NCBI GenBank assembly: GCA_963716725.1
Contig: CAVQUB010000015.1
Span: 32,001-96,000 of the forward strand
Length of the DNA: 64,000 bases
Source of the DNA: an uncultured delta proteobacterium
Lineage (GTDB): Bacteria; Myxococcota_A; Polyangia; Polyangiales; Polyangiaceae
Direction of reading: 5' to 3'
A program made the position numbers and the translations under genes. The notes under the pieces were generated by a model. The model worked only from the letters and a program-made list of their open reading frames with translations, was not told the DNA's origin and made no database searches. Position 1 is the stretch's first letter. Every line of letters begins with the position of its first letter. Of the stretch, positions 45,027 to 54,116 are shown one piece after another.

Positions 45027-45977
45027 TCACTTGTCGACGCTGGAGTCCCAGCAGCAGCGGAAGCCGATCCCTGGGAGCTGGCTGCTTCGGTCAACGGTCT
45101 TGGACGCTGCGCAGGGTACGGCGCTGCCGGCTTGGAGCGCGGAGCCACCGCGCGTGCCGCAGTCGCTGGTGGCAGATTGCGGGTTTGCGCAGGAATCCTC
45201 CCACTCCGCGACGTTGCCGAGCATGTCCGTCAGGCCGGGGTACAAGAAGCTCTCGCATCCGGCGCCACCGCTCAGCGTCGAGCCGACCGCCGCCACCGGC
45301 GGGGCATCGACGCAGCGTCCTCCCTCGTGGGACGAGCCGTAGAAGTAGGTCTCCTCTGCCTTCGGACCCGCGCAGGCCGAATACCACTGATTCGTCGAAG
45401 CGTCCGGCGGGCCTGCCGCGCCTCCGCTGATCTTCCCGCACAGACGCTTGCCCGCCCATTTGCAGTAGGCGTAGGCGCCGCACCAATCGACGCAGCGCAC
45501 GGGGTAGTTCTGGTCGACTCCGGACCCGAAGCTCGGGCAGCCACCCGTGGTATCCGGGGCGTAGTCGAGCACGCCCTGGCAGGCCGAGAGTCCCGTGAGA
45601 TTGGTGCCTGCGTCGCCGGGATCGGCGAGGAAATTTTGGTAATCGTGGTTGGTGACCTCCGTGGCGTCGATGCAGAAGTTCGAGCCAACCGCGATCAGGG
45701 CAGGTCCTTTCTTGCCCGTCGGACAGAGGATGCCCCCGTCGGCCGAGGTCCCGCCGCTGCCTCCGCTGCCGCCGCCGTCGCTCGTTCCCCCGGTGCTCGT
45801 GCCTCCGCTGCCGCCGCCGTCGCTCGTTCCACCGGTGCTCGCGCCTCCAGTGCTCGTTCCACCGGTGCTCGTTCCGCCGGTGCCGCCGCTCGCGGGCCCT
45901 TCGTTGGTGGTCGACGACGAACAGGCGCCAAACGAAAGGGTCGAGCCGAGGACCAGGGAGAGGATCAGGCGTCGCAC
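45027..45977 (-). CDS. SUMF1/FGE-sulfatase-domain lipoprotein
   Basis: Lipobox FGAC; FCIDATEVTN, PVRCVDW, GKRLC, DMLGNVAEW and GFRCC. Confidence 0.88.
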   Translation of the reverse strand: MRRLILSLVLGSTLSFGACSSSTTNEGPASGGTGGTSTGGTSTGGASTGGTSDGGGSGGTSTGGTSDGGGSGGSGGTSADGGILCPTGKKGPALIAVGSNFCIDATEVTNHDYQNFLADPGDAGTNLTGLSACQGVLDYAPDTTGGCPSFGSGVDQNYPVRCVDWCGAYAYCKWAGKRLCGKISGGAAGPPDASTNQWYSACAGPKAEETYFYGSSHEGGRCVDAPPVAAVGSTLSGGAGCESFLYPGLTDMLGNVAEWEDSCANPQSATSDCGTRGGSALQAGSAVPCAASKTVDRSSQLPGIGFRCCWDSSVDK

Positions 45978-46064
45978 GGCAGTGGATCCTAGCAGTTTCA
46001 GCCCACACCCGCGAAATCCAGGCGTTTTCCCAGCGGGCCCGTCGTGCTACCCGACCGGCGCGAG

Positions 46065-47492
46065 ATGCTCGATCGCTGGGAACCCGTCATCGGACTCGAG
46101 GTCCACGCCCAGCTCCTGACGGAGACGAAGCTGTTCTGCGGCTGCGCGATGCGCTTCGGCGAGGAGCCGAACCGAAACGTGTGTCCCGTCTGCTTGGGTT
46201 TGCCGGGCGCGCTGCCCGTGCTCAACCGTCGGGCGGTCGAGCTGGCCGTGCGCGCGGCGTCGGCCCTCGACTGCACGGTGCACGAGCGCAGCGTCTTCGA
46301 GCGCAAGAACTACTTCTACCCGGATCTGCCCAAGGGGTACCAGCTGAGCCAGTACGCGGCGCCCCTCGCGACCCGCGGACACCTGGATGTCGAGCTGGAC
46401 GGCGTCCTGAAGCGAGCGGGCATCACCCGGGTGCACATGGAAGAGGACGCCGGCAAGAACGTGCACGGCGTGGGGGGTGACTCGCTGGTCGATCTGAATC
46501 GCGCCGGGACGCCCTTGATCGAGATCGTGGGCGATCCGGATCTCGGCAGCGCCGCCGAAGCATCGGCCTACCTCCGCGCCCTGCGCGACGTGTTGATCTT
46601 CATCCGCGTGAACGACGGAAACCTGGAGGAGGGTAGCTTTCGCTGCGACGCGAACGTCTCGGTGCGTCGGGTGGGGGAGTCGCAACTGGGGACGCGGACC
46701 GAGATCAAGAACGTCAACAGCTTTCGCTTCGTGCAGCGAGCCATCGAGCTCGAGATCAGTCGGCAGGTTGCGATCCTCGAGAGCGGCGGGCGCATCGTGC
46801 AGGAGACTCGCGGCTTCGATCACGAGGCAGGTCGCACCTATTCGCTGCGCTCGAAAGGAGATGCGCACGACTACCGCTACTTCCCAGATCCGGATCTGCC
46901 GCCCTTGTTCGTGGACGCCGCCCTCCGCACCCAAACACTGCCGGAGCTGCCGGCGGCGAAGCGCCTGCGCTACCAGGCCCTGGGACTTCCGACCCAGGCG
47001 GCCCAGACCCTGACAAGTCACCCGGAAATCGCGCGCTTCTTCGAGGACACCTCGAGTCGCTATCCGGACGCGGTGAAGGCCGCGAACTTCATCCAGACCG
47101 AGGTGCTCCGGGACGCGAAGCTCCGGGGCCTCCGCGCGAGCTTCAGCGTCACGCCCGAGCAAGTCGCGGAGCTGCTTGCGCTGACTGACGCCGGCAAGAT
47201 CAGCGGCAAGCAGGCCAAGGAGGTCCTGGCCGTCATGATCGAGAGCGGCAGCATGCCGAGCGCCATCGTGGCCGAGCGCGGCCTGGCGGTGGTCTCCGAC
47301 GAGAGCCAGCTGTTGCCGATCTGCCAGCGGCTGATCGCGGATCACCCCAAGCAGGTCGAGCAGGTGCGTCAGGGCAAGAAGGGCATGATCGGATTCTTCG
47401 TCGGGCAGGTCATGAAACAGACCGGCGGCGCCGCGGATCCCAAGCTGGTCAACGCCCTGCTCGAGAAGCTGATGGCCGAGGAGAAGAGCTGA
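46065..47492 (+). CDS. gatB: Asp-tRNA(Asn)/Glu-tRNA(Gln) amidotransferase subunit B
   Basis: [49 protein letters not shown] and FFVGQVMK. Confidence 0.97.
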   Translation: MLDRWEPVIGLEVHAQLLTETKLFCGCAMRFGEEPNRNVCPVCLGLPGALPVLNRRAVELAVRAASALDCTVHERSVFERKNYFYPDLPKGYQLSQYAAPLATRGHLDVELDGVLKRAGITRVHMEEDAGKNVHGVGGDSLVDLNRAGTPLIEIVGDPDLGSAAEASAYLRALRDVLIFIRVNDGNLEEGSFRCDANVSVRRVGESQLGTRTEIKNVNSFRFVQRAIELEISRQVAILESGGRIVQETRGFDHEAGRTYSLRSKGDAHDYRYFPDPDLPPLFVDAALRTQTLPELPAAKRLRYQALGLPTQAAQTLTSHPEIARFFEDTSSRYPDAVKAANFIQTEVLRDAKLRGLRASFSVTPEQVAELLALTDAGKISGKQAKEVLAVMIESGSMPSAIVAERGLAVVSDESQLLPICQRLIADHPKQVEQVRQGKKGMIGFFVGQVMKQTGGAADPKLVNALLEKLMAEEKS

Positions 47493-48533
47493 TGCCCGTC
47501 CCGCATGCCGAACCCCTGTCTGGCGCGAGCTACTCCGCCGTCGAGCTCTGCCCTGACAACGACGCCGTGCTGATGCTCGATCAGCGCCGTCTGCCGGGCG
47601 AGGAGATCTACGAGCGGCTCACGACCTCGTCCGAGGTGGCGCGGGGGATCACCGACATGGTGGTCCGCGGCGCTCCGGCCATCGGCGTCGCGGCGGCGTA
47701 TGGCATGGTGCTTGCGGCCCGGAGGTCCGCGAGCATCGACGAGCTGCGCGCGTTGGCGGGCGAGCTCCGGCGGGCGCGCCCCACTGCGGTGAACCTGATG
47801 TGGGCCGTGGATCGCATGCTGGCCCTGGCGGAGCTTGGCGCCGACGCCACCGCGCTGGCGGCCGAAGCCCGGGCCATCCATCGAGACGACGTCGCCGCGT
47901 GTCGACGCATGGGCGCGCTGGGAGCCGAGCGCGTGCCCGACGGCGCGACCATCCTCACGCACTGCAACGCCGGAGCGCTCGCCACCGGCGGCTTTGGCTC
48001 GGCCCTCGGCGTGATCCGCGCCGCGGTCGAGGCGGGCAAGAGCGTGCGCGTGCTCGCCGACGAGACCCGGCCCTACCTCCAGGGCCTGCGGCTCACGGCG
48101 TGGGAGCTCCATCAGGACGACATCCCGGTGGAGATCCTGACTGACGGGATGGCTGGCTGGTTCTTCTCCAAAGGCGCCATCGATCTGGTGGTGGTCGGCT
48201 CGGACCGCATCGCGAGGAACGGCGACGTCGCCAACAAGATCGGGACGTACTCGGTGGCCTGCCTCGCCCGCCTACACGATCGCCCCTTCTACGTGGCGGC
48301 GCCGTGGTCCACCGTCGATCTCGAGCTGCCCGACCGGCGACGAGATCCCGATCGAAGAGCGCAGCATCACGGAGATCACGCACTTCGGCGGTCGTCGCAT
48401 CGCGCCCGAGGGCGTTGGCGCAAGGAACCCCGGCTTCGACGTCACGCCGGCGCGACTGGTCAGCGCCATCTTCACCGAGCGCGGCGTGATCGATCCGGTG
48501 GGCGAGGTCGGCGTGGCGGCGCTCGCCCGCTGA
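47492..48533 (+). CDS. mtnA: S-methyl-5-thioribose-1-phosphate isomerase; frameshift at about 48332
   Basis: [41 protein letters not shown] and NKIGTY, then IPIEER...NPGFDVTP...TERG in the next frame. Confidence 0.95.
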
Positions 48534-48613
48534 GAGGTCGGCGCTCGCTGCTCAGCCCGCGCCCCGAGGCCCCGAATTGCGAGGGCTGGCGGCTTGATGT
48601 ATCAGGTGGAGGC

Positions 48614-49291
48614 ATGCCGCCTCGCGCCGCCTTCGTGACCCTGCCCGCGTTGATCGGGCTCGGGGTGCTGTTCGCCGCGGGCTGTGAGCCCAAGCGATCC
48701 GCCGACGGACAGAGGGCGTCAGCCTCCCCGTCCTCGCTTGCGGCCCCGTCGGCCAGCGCGGTCGCGAAGTCGCCCTTCCCACCGGAGGCGCGGCGCGACT
48801 CGCCTCCGAAGGCCATCGCGGAGAGTGCGCTCGCTTTGGGTCGGGTGGCTCCGCCGCTCGCTGGGCTGCCGTCAACAGCGGGAACTTGGAGCCGCGCTTC
48901 GAAAGTGACGGCGCTGGTCTTTTACCGGGGTCACTGGTGACCCTACTGTCGCCGGCAGCTCGGGGAGCTGCAGAGTCAACGCGGAGAGTTCGAGAAGCGC
49001 GGCGCTGAGTTGGTCGCGCTCAGCGTGGATCCGGTCGACGTCAGCAAGGAGCTGGCGGAGCGGGAGAAGCTCTCTCTGACGCTGCTCTCCGATCCGGACC
49101 GCAGAGTGATCAAGGCATTCGGGCTCGACGATCCGGGCAACGAGGTCTCATGGCCCGCGGTGTACGTGATCGGCGCCGACGGAACCGTGGTCTATCGTGC
49201 GTTTCTCGAGTCGTACAAACAACGCCCTGCCGTGGCCGAGATCCTGGCCGCCGTCGATCGTGCGGCGCCGAGCGAAGGCGGCCCACGCTGA
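48614..49291 (+). CDS. Selenocysteine-containing AhpC/TSA (peroxiredoxin-like) redoxin lipoprotein; Sec codon TGA at 48938-48940
   Basis: SD ggagg and lipobox FAAGC; the frame reads [22 protein letters not shown] and continues with VALSVD, LLSDPD and [10 protein letters not shown]. Confidence 0.88.
48955..48971 (+). promoter_or_regulatory. Putative bacterial SECIS hairpin
   Basis: GCAGCTC-GGG-GAGCTGC is a perfect 7-bp stem with a G loop starting 22 nt after the UGA. Confidence 0.75.
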
Positions 49292-49308
49292 ACGCGCAGC
49301 CATGAGCT

Positions 49309-50451
49309 TCAGCGCGTCGGGGGCGGGCGGCAGCTGAAGCCATTTTCCAGCGACAGCGACTCGACAGCACCGGCCGGTCTTTCGGCCGTCGCGCCTTCGC
49401 GAGGCACCCACACTCGCGCGTCGGCCCAGCGCAGGTCGAGCTCGCGCCAGGCTGCCATGTCGCCGATCTCGACGTGCACCGTCCTGTTGAGAGCGTGTCG
49501 CAGCACGCCAATGACCTCTCCCCAGGGCTCGCTGTACAGGCACGCGCCGCGCGGGAAAGTCAGGGTCTCCTCGGGTGGATTCTTGCGGGCACCGTAGCCG
49601 AAGCCGCCACTGCCCCAACCCATCGATTGGGGTTGGGATAGCGCGGACTTGGGCACGAACCCCCGCACCGACAGCGTCGACGAGCCGTAGGCGATCTCCA
49701 CGAACCAAGCCGCGCTCTTCGCCACGGTCCCGACTCGCACCTGGGGTGGCGCAGTGTCGACGAGCTTTCCGAGCGCGGATCCCCCGGGGCGCTCGAGCAC
49801 ATTCGAGAGGGGCGCCAATACCCACTCCTCGGTTCCCGGCGCTTCGGGGATTGGAGAGGGCAAGTAGGCGTGGCCGATCGCGCTGATGGGCAGCCAGCCG
49901 ACGGCCTCGAAGGTGCGGTCGCTGGCGGAGACCCGAGCCAAGTCACCCTTGTCGTTCAGGCGTTGGAGGAAAGCGCCGGGACCCACGCGCACGCGCTCGT
50001 TCGGCCCTGCTTTGACCGGTTGGCGCGTGAGCGGCGTCACGCGGAGCGGGGTCGGCCAGAGCTTGGTGTTCTCGGTCCAGAGCAAGACCCGCAGTGAAGG
50101 GTCGTCGAAGATGATGCGGGTGCGTCCTGGGGACTGGTCCACGACCACTCGAGGGGGCGCGCGGCCGAGCCCGGCGTACGGGAGCGCGCGTTCGACGAAG
50201 CGGGCCTCGAAGCCGTCGCGGAGCAGCGCTGCGGCAGGCGGAACGTTCGATGCAGGTGCGCGGTCGGCCGCGCTCGCGTCAACCACCGTCGCCGACGCTG
50301 ACGCCGCGATTGACGACGCGGTTGCCACCGTCGGCTCCGGTCGGGGGGCGGTTGGCCCGGGAGCGGCGGTCCCGCAGGCCCACAGACCCGAGCTGGACGC
50401 GACGAGAGCCGAGACCACGGCCCGCCAGCTCGCAGCGCGAGTTTGCAGCAT
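49309..50451 (-). CDS. Hypothetical exported protein or lipoprotein with beta-rich (SH3-like) repeats
   Basis: LWAC lipobox-like motif, Pro/Ala linker, and recurring V.G(W/F)(L/V)P units. Confidence 0.65.
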   Translation of the reverse strand: MLQTRAASWRAVVSALVASSSGLWACGTAAPGPTAPRPEPTVATASSIAASASATVVDASAADRAPASNVPPAAALLRDGFEARFVERALPYAGLGRAPPRVVVDQSPGRTRIIFDDPSLRVLLWTENTKLWPTPLRVTPLTRQPVKAGPNERVRVGPGAFLQRLNDKGDLARVSASDRTFEAVGWLPISAIGHAYLPSPIPEAPGTEEWVLAPLSNVLERPGGSALGKLVDTAPPQVRVGTVAKSAAWFVEIAYGSSTLSVRGFVPKSALSQPQSMGWGSGGFGYGARKNPPEETLTFPRGACLYSEPWGEVIGVLRHALNRTVHVEIGDMAAWRELDLRWADARVWVPREGATAERPAGAVESLSLENGFSCRPPPTR

Positions 50452-50554
50452 GCGCGTCACCCTAGCTCATCTTGCGCGGGTCCGAGCCGAGACAGCGACG
50501 CCACGGTCGTGGTCCTCGACACCCTACCGATTGCCAAGCTATCTTCGAAAGTGG

Positions 50555-52396
50555 ATGCTCAGGCTTCTTCGCCTCGTCGGGTTGCTCGTCGTCGGCGTTC
50601 CGCCGCTGTGGCTCGGGGGAGCTTGTTCGTTGCTGTCGGATCTGACACTCTACGGGACGACACCGGCGGCGCCGCAGACTCTGGGAGCAGCGACAGCGGC
50701 ACGAACGACGGTGGCGGGTGCAAGCCGAAGACCTGGCAGCGCGCTGGGTGCGCTGTGCGGAGAAGCGCTGGATGGTTGTGGCGGCAAGCTCAGCTGCGGC
50801 GAGTGCCCCGGCGGGCTGTTCTGCGGCGGAGCCGGGCCCAACAAATGCGGGCAGACGCCCTGCCTCTCCAAGAGCTGCCAAGACTTGTCCGCCGAGTGCG
50901 GCCTCGCGTCGGATGGATGTGGCAAGGTGCAAGAGTGCGGTGGCTGCACCTCCCCGCAGACCTGCGGGGGCAGTGGGACGGCCAACGTCTGCGGCTGCAC
51001 GCCTGTCGCCTGCGAGAGCGTCAAGGCCAACTGCGGCGAACTCTCGGACGGCTGCGGGGTCAAGCTGAACTGTGGGACCTGTCAGCCGCCAAACACCTGC
51101 GGCGGCGGGGGCCCGGCCAACCACTGCGGTTGCACGCCGAAGTCCTGCTCTAGCCTCGGCGCGAACTGCGGCAAGCTGCCCGACGGTTGTGGCGGGCTCG
51201 TCGACTGCGGCAGCTGTCCGACCGGCGAACTCTGCGGCGGAGGCGGCGCCAACAAGTGCGGGACGGCGCCCTGCCAAGGGAAGAGCTGCGCGGATCAGGG
51301 CAAGAACTGCGGTCAGATCTCGGACGGCTGCGGCAAGACGCTGAGCTGCGGGTCTTGCTCGGGATCGCAGCTCTGCGGCGGCTCCGGGAGCGCGAACGTT
51401 TGCGGGTGCACGCCCACGACCTGTGCTGCTGAAGGCAAGAACTGCGGTGACATCAGCGACAAATGCGGTGGATCCCTGAGTTGCGGCGGGTGCAGCCCTC
51501 CCAATAGCTGCGGAGGCGGCGGAGCTCCCAATGTCTGCGGTTGTTCCCCGCAGAGCTGCAACTCGCAGGGCAAGGACTGCGGCACTATCAACAATGGCTG
51601 CGGTGGTACGGTCAACTGCGGCGCCTGCAGCGCCCCGCAGAGCTGCGGGGGAGGCGGGACCCCGAACGTATGCGGGTGCTCGGCGACCACTTGCGCGGCT
51701 CAGGGCTACGCGTGCGGAAGTATCGGCAACGGTTGCGGTGGAACGCTCAACTGCGGCAGCTGCGGAGCGAACCAGCAGTGCGTCGGAGGCAGCTGTCAGA
51801 CCACCTGTCACAGCTGTGCTTCCCTGGGTAAGAATTGCGGGACAGTCTCGGATGGCTGCTCCGGTGTGCTGGACTGCGGCAACTGCCAAGGCCCGGAATG
51901 GTGCGGCGGCGGCGGTTCCGCCAATGTCTGCGGTTGTTCCGCGCCGAGCTGCGCGGGCAAGTGCGGCGTCATCCCGAACCCCTGCGGCGGCAGCGTGAAC
52001 TGCGGTAGCTGCCCGGGCGGGCAGAGCTGTTACAACGGCTCGTGTTGCGCGCCGACCAGCTGCGGCGCTCAGGGCAAGAACTGCGGCACCATTGCCGACG
52101 GCTGCGGCGGCCAGCTCAACTGCGGCACCTGCTACGGCAATCAGGGCTGCTCGTACACCAACACCTGCGGTTTCGCTGGGCTCGGCGCCTGCGATGGCTG
52201 CCCTCCGACCTGGGACACCGTGTTTGTCGAGTCCTGCGCGTCCGGCTGCACCAGCGGACAGGAATCGCTCTGCGTCCAAGCAGGATACGACTCCTGGGCT
52301 GGCTGCGGCAGTTGCCCTGGCGGATACCACGAGGCCGCCTCGAGCTACGCGCCCTGCAGTTGCGGTGGGTACGCGGTGCTCTGCTTGCGGGACTGA
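50555..52396 (+). CDS. Cys-rich repeat surface protein; probably two compensating frameshifts near 50650-50740
   Basis: About ten C.P..C...G.NCG...DGCGG...CG.C modules; a natural linker (DSGSSDSGTNDGGGCKPKT) appears in another frame. Confidence 0.85.
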   Translation: MLRLLRLVGLLVVGVPPLWLGGACSLLSDLTLYGTTPAAPQTLGAATAARTTVAGASRRPGSALGALCGEALDGCGGKLSCGECPGGLFCGGAGPNKCGQTPCLSKSCQDLSAECGLASDGCGKVQECGGCTSPQTCGGSGTANVCGCTPVACESVKANCGELSDGCGVKLNCGTCQPPNTCGGGGPANHCGCTPKSCSSLGANCGKLPDGCGGLVDCGSCPTGELCGGGGANKCGTAPCQGKSCADQGKNCGQISDGCGKTLSCGSCSGSQLCGGSGSANVCGCTPTTCAAEGKNCGDISDKCGGSLSCGGCSPPNSCGGGGAPNVCGCSPQSCNSQGKDCGTINNGCGGTVNCGACSAPQSCGGGGTPNVCGCSATTCAAQGYACGSIGNGCGGTLNCGSCGANQQCVGGSCQTTCHSCASLGKNCGTVSDGCSGVLDCGNCQGPEWCGGGGSANVCGCSAPSCAGKCGVIPNPCGGSVNCGSCPGGQSCYNGSCCAPTSCGAQGKNCGTIADGCGGQLNCGTCYGNQGCSYTNTCGFAGLGACDGCPPTWDTVFVESCASGCTSGQESLCVQAGYDSWAGCGSCPGGYHEAASSYAPCSCGGYAVLCLRD

Positions 52397-52431
52397 GCGG
52401 CCGCGCGGGCCGCGCCTGGCTCCCGGCTGCT

Positions 52432-54039
52432 TCAGCGCAGGGCAGGTTCCGAGGGCCGAGGCTCTGGCGAGTCGCTGCGGATCGCCTCCACGGTGCGCGC
52501 CAGCGTTGGATCCGCGTCGTCGATGGGGCGGCGACGGAGCTCGACTCCGCGGGTCTGCCACCAGTTCCGAGCTTGCTCCTCGCTCCAGGGTTCGACGGCA
52601 CACGCGGCCAGCGCCTCGCGGAACGCCGCCGCGCTCGCCGGCCGATCCGCGGGCGTCTTGGCGAGCCCTTGCATGATGACCGCCTCCAACGCCGGCGGGA
52701 CCGGTCGCCCCACCCGCTGATGAACTGGAACGGGCGTGGTGTGCAGGTGGTCTGCGCAGACCTCCAGCACGGACTTGCCCTCGAACACGTGCTTGCCGGT
52801 CAGCATGAAGTAGCCGACGGCGGCCACCGCGTAGATGTCGCTGCGAGGTTCGGCGCCATCCGCCCTCGCGATGCACTCGGGCGCCATGTAGAGCGGCGTA
52901 CCCGTGAGTTCGTTGGACTGGGACTCGGTCGTACCCAATTCGGCCGCAAGGGCCTTGACCAAGCCGAAGTCCAAGACCTTGACGTGGTCGTAGGCGGCGG
53001 TGTGTCCGATGACCATGATGTTTGCCGGCTTGATGTCGCGGTGGACGAGTCCGAGACTGTGGGCTTCGTCCAGAGATGCGCAAACCTGCGACAAGAGCCA
53101 GATGGCGCGACCGGCCGGCAGTGGACCCTCGTGCTCGACCAGCTCGTCGACGGTCAGCCCGTCGAGGTATTCCATCGCGTAGTAGAAGACCCCGTCGGGC
53201 GCGCGACCGTAGTCGAAGATCGCGACCGTGTTCGGGTGTTGCAGGCGCGCAGTCGCGACGACTTCGCGCTCGAAGCGGCGCACCGACTGGGCGTCGATCC
53301 GGTCTGGAGGCAGCAGCTTGAGCGCGGTCTCGCGGCGCAGCATGCCGTGGGTCGCGCGGTACACGACGCCCATGCCGCCCTCGCCGATCTTCGCGCCCAG
53401 GGTGTATTGGCCTAGCTTCCGCGCTTCGTGCACCTCCCGGCGCAGTCCGTAGATGATCCGCGAGGCCACGGTGGCTGTCGCGAGCAACGAGCCGAGCCAC
53501 ATGACGAGGCTGATCAGCTGATACTCGAGGGGCCAATCCGCGGGACCCGCCTGGCGGACCGGCCAGCTGGGATGAAGCCCAGAGGCGAGGAAGACGACCA
53601 CCGCCGACGAGCCCGCGATCACTCCGAGGCTGAGCGTGCGCCGAGCCGTACTGGGCACGAGCACGGCTCGCAGGACGGCGGCGGTGCCCGTGGTGAGAAC
53701 GAGGTTGAACACCGCGACGGTTCGGATCGGGAAGAGCGAGCTGTTCAGGTGCAAGAGCAGCGAGAGCCCGAGGATGCCTGCCGAATCGAAGGTCTCGAGG
53801 GTCCCATGGCGCAGCGGCTTGCCGCGCAAGACGAGCCAGATGCCGCCTGTGATCAGGGTGGCGACGAAGTGAAACCAGCGGGATGGGGAGCGAAGCTCGG
53901 CGAGCAGAGTTCCGGTCAAGAGCCCGCGCACGCCGACGACCCCGACCAGGAACGCCAGGCACAGCAGGAAGCCGATCCAGTGCATCAGCGCCAGGCGCCT
54001 TTGCAGGAAATTGCGAGTGCTCTCCGAGGTCGAGGTCAC
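52432..54039 (-). CDS. Membrane Hanks-type Ser/Thr protein kinase
   Basis: About 6 N-terminal TM helices; GEGGMGVVY, ALK, HRDIKPAN, DFG and GTPLYMAPE. Confidence 0.95.
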   Translation of the reverse strand: MTSTSESTRNFLQRRLALMHWIGFLLCLAFLVGVVGVRGLLTGTLLAELRSPSRWFHFVATLITGGIWLVLRGKPLRHGTLETFDSAGILGLSLLLHLNSSLFPIRTVAVFNLVLTTGTAAVLRAVLVPSTARRTLSLGVIAGSSAVVVFLASGLHPSWPVRQAGPADWPLEYQLISLVMWLGSLLATATVASRIIYGLRREVHEARKLGQYTLGAKIGEGGMGVVYRATHGMLRRETALKLLPPDRIDAQSVRRFEREVVATARLQHPNTVAIFDYGRAPDGVFYYAMEYLDGLTVDELVEHEGPLPAGRAIWLLSQVCASLDEAHSLGLVHRDIKPANIMVIGHTAAYDHVKVLDFGLVKALAAELGTTESQSNELTGTPLYMAPECIARADGAEPRSDIYAVAAVGYFMLTGKHVFEGKSVLEVCADHLHTTPVPVHQRVGRPVPPALEAVIMQGLAKTPADRPASAAAFREALAACAVEPWSEEQARNWWQTRGVELRRRPIDDADPTLARTVEAIRSDSPEPRPSEPALR

Positions 54040-54116
54040 CCTCGTGGATCAGCACGGAGGCGGCGCGGCGGAAATGACTTCAGCCAAGGGAGCGCTTCGC
54101 GTGGGGCTTCCCGGCT

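Noticed and set aside
47492..48940. 482-aa ORF suggesting an MtnA-redoxin fusion
   Set aside because: It results from a +1 frameshift at about 48332. MtnA ends at 48533 in another frame, and the redoxin has its own SD and ATG at 48614.
50462..52430. Long alternative-frame or antisense ORFs (50462..54055, 13993..16692, 34418..36778 and others)
   Set aside because: These are shadow ORFs typical of high-GC DNA; they are Arg/Ala/Pro-rich and overlap genes with recognisable motifs.
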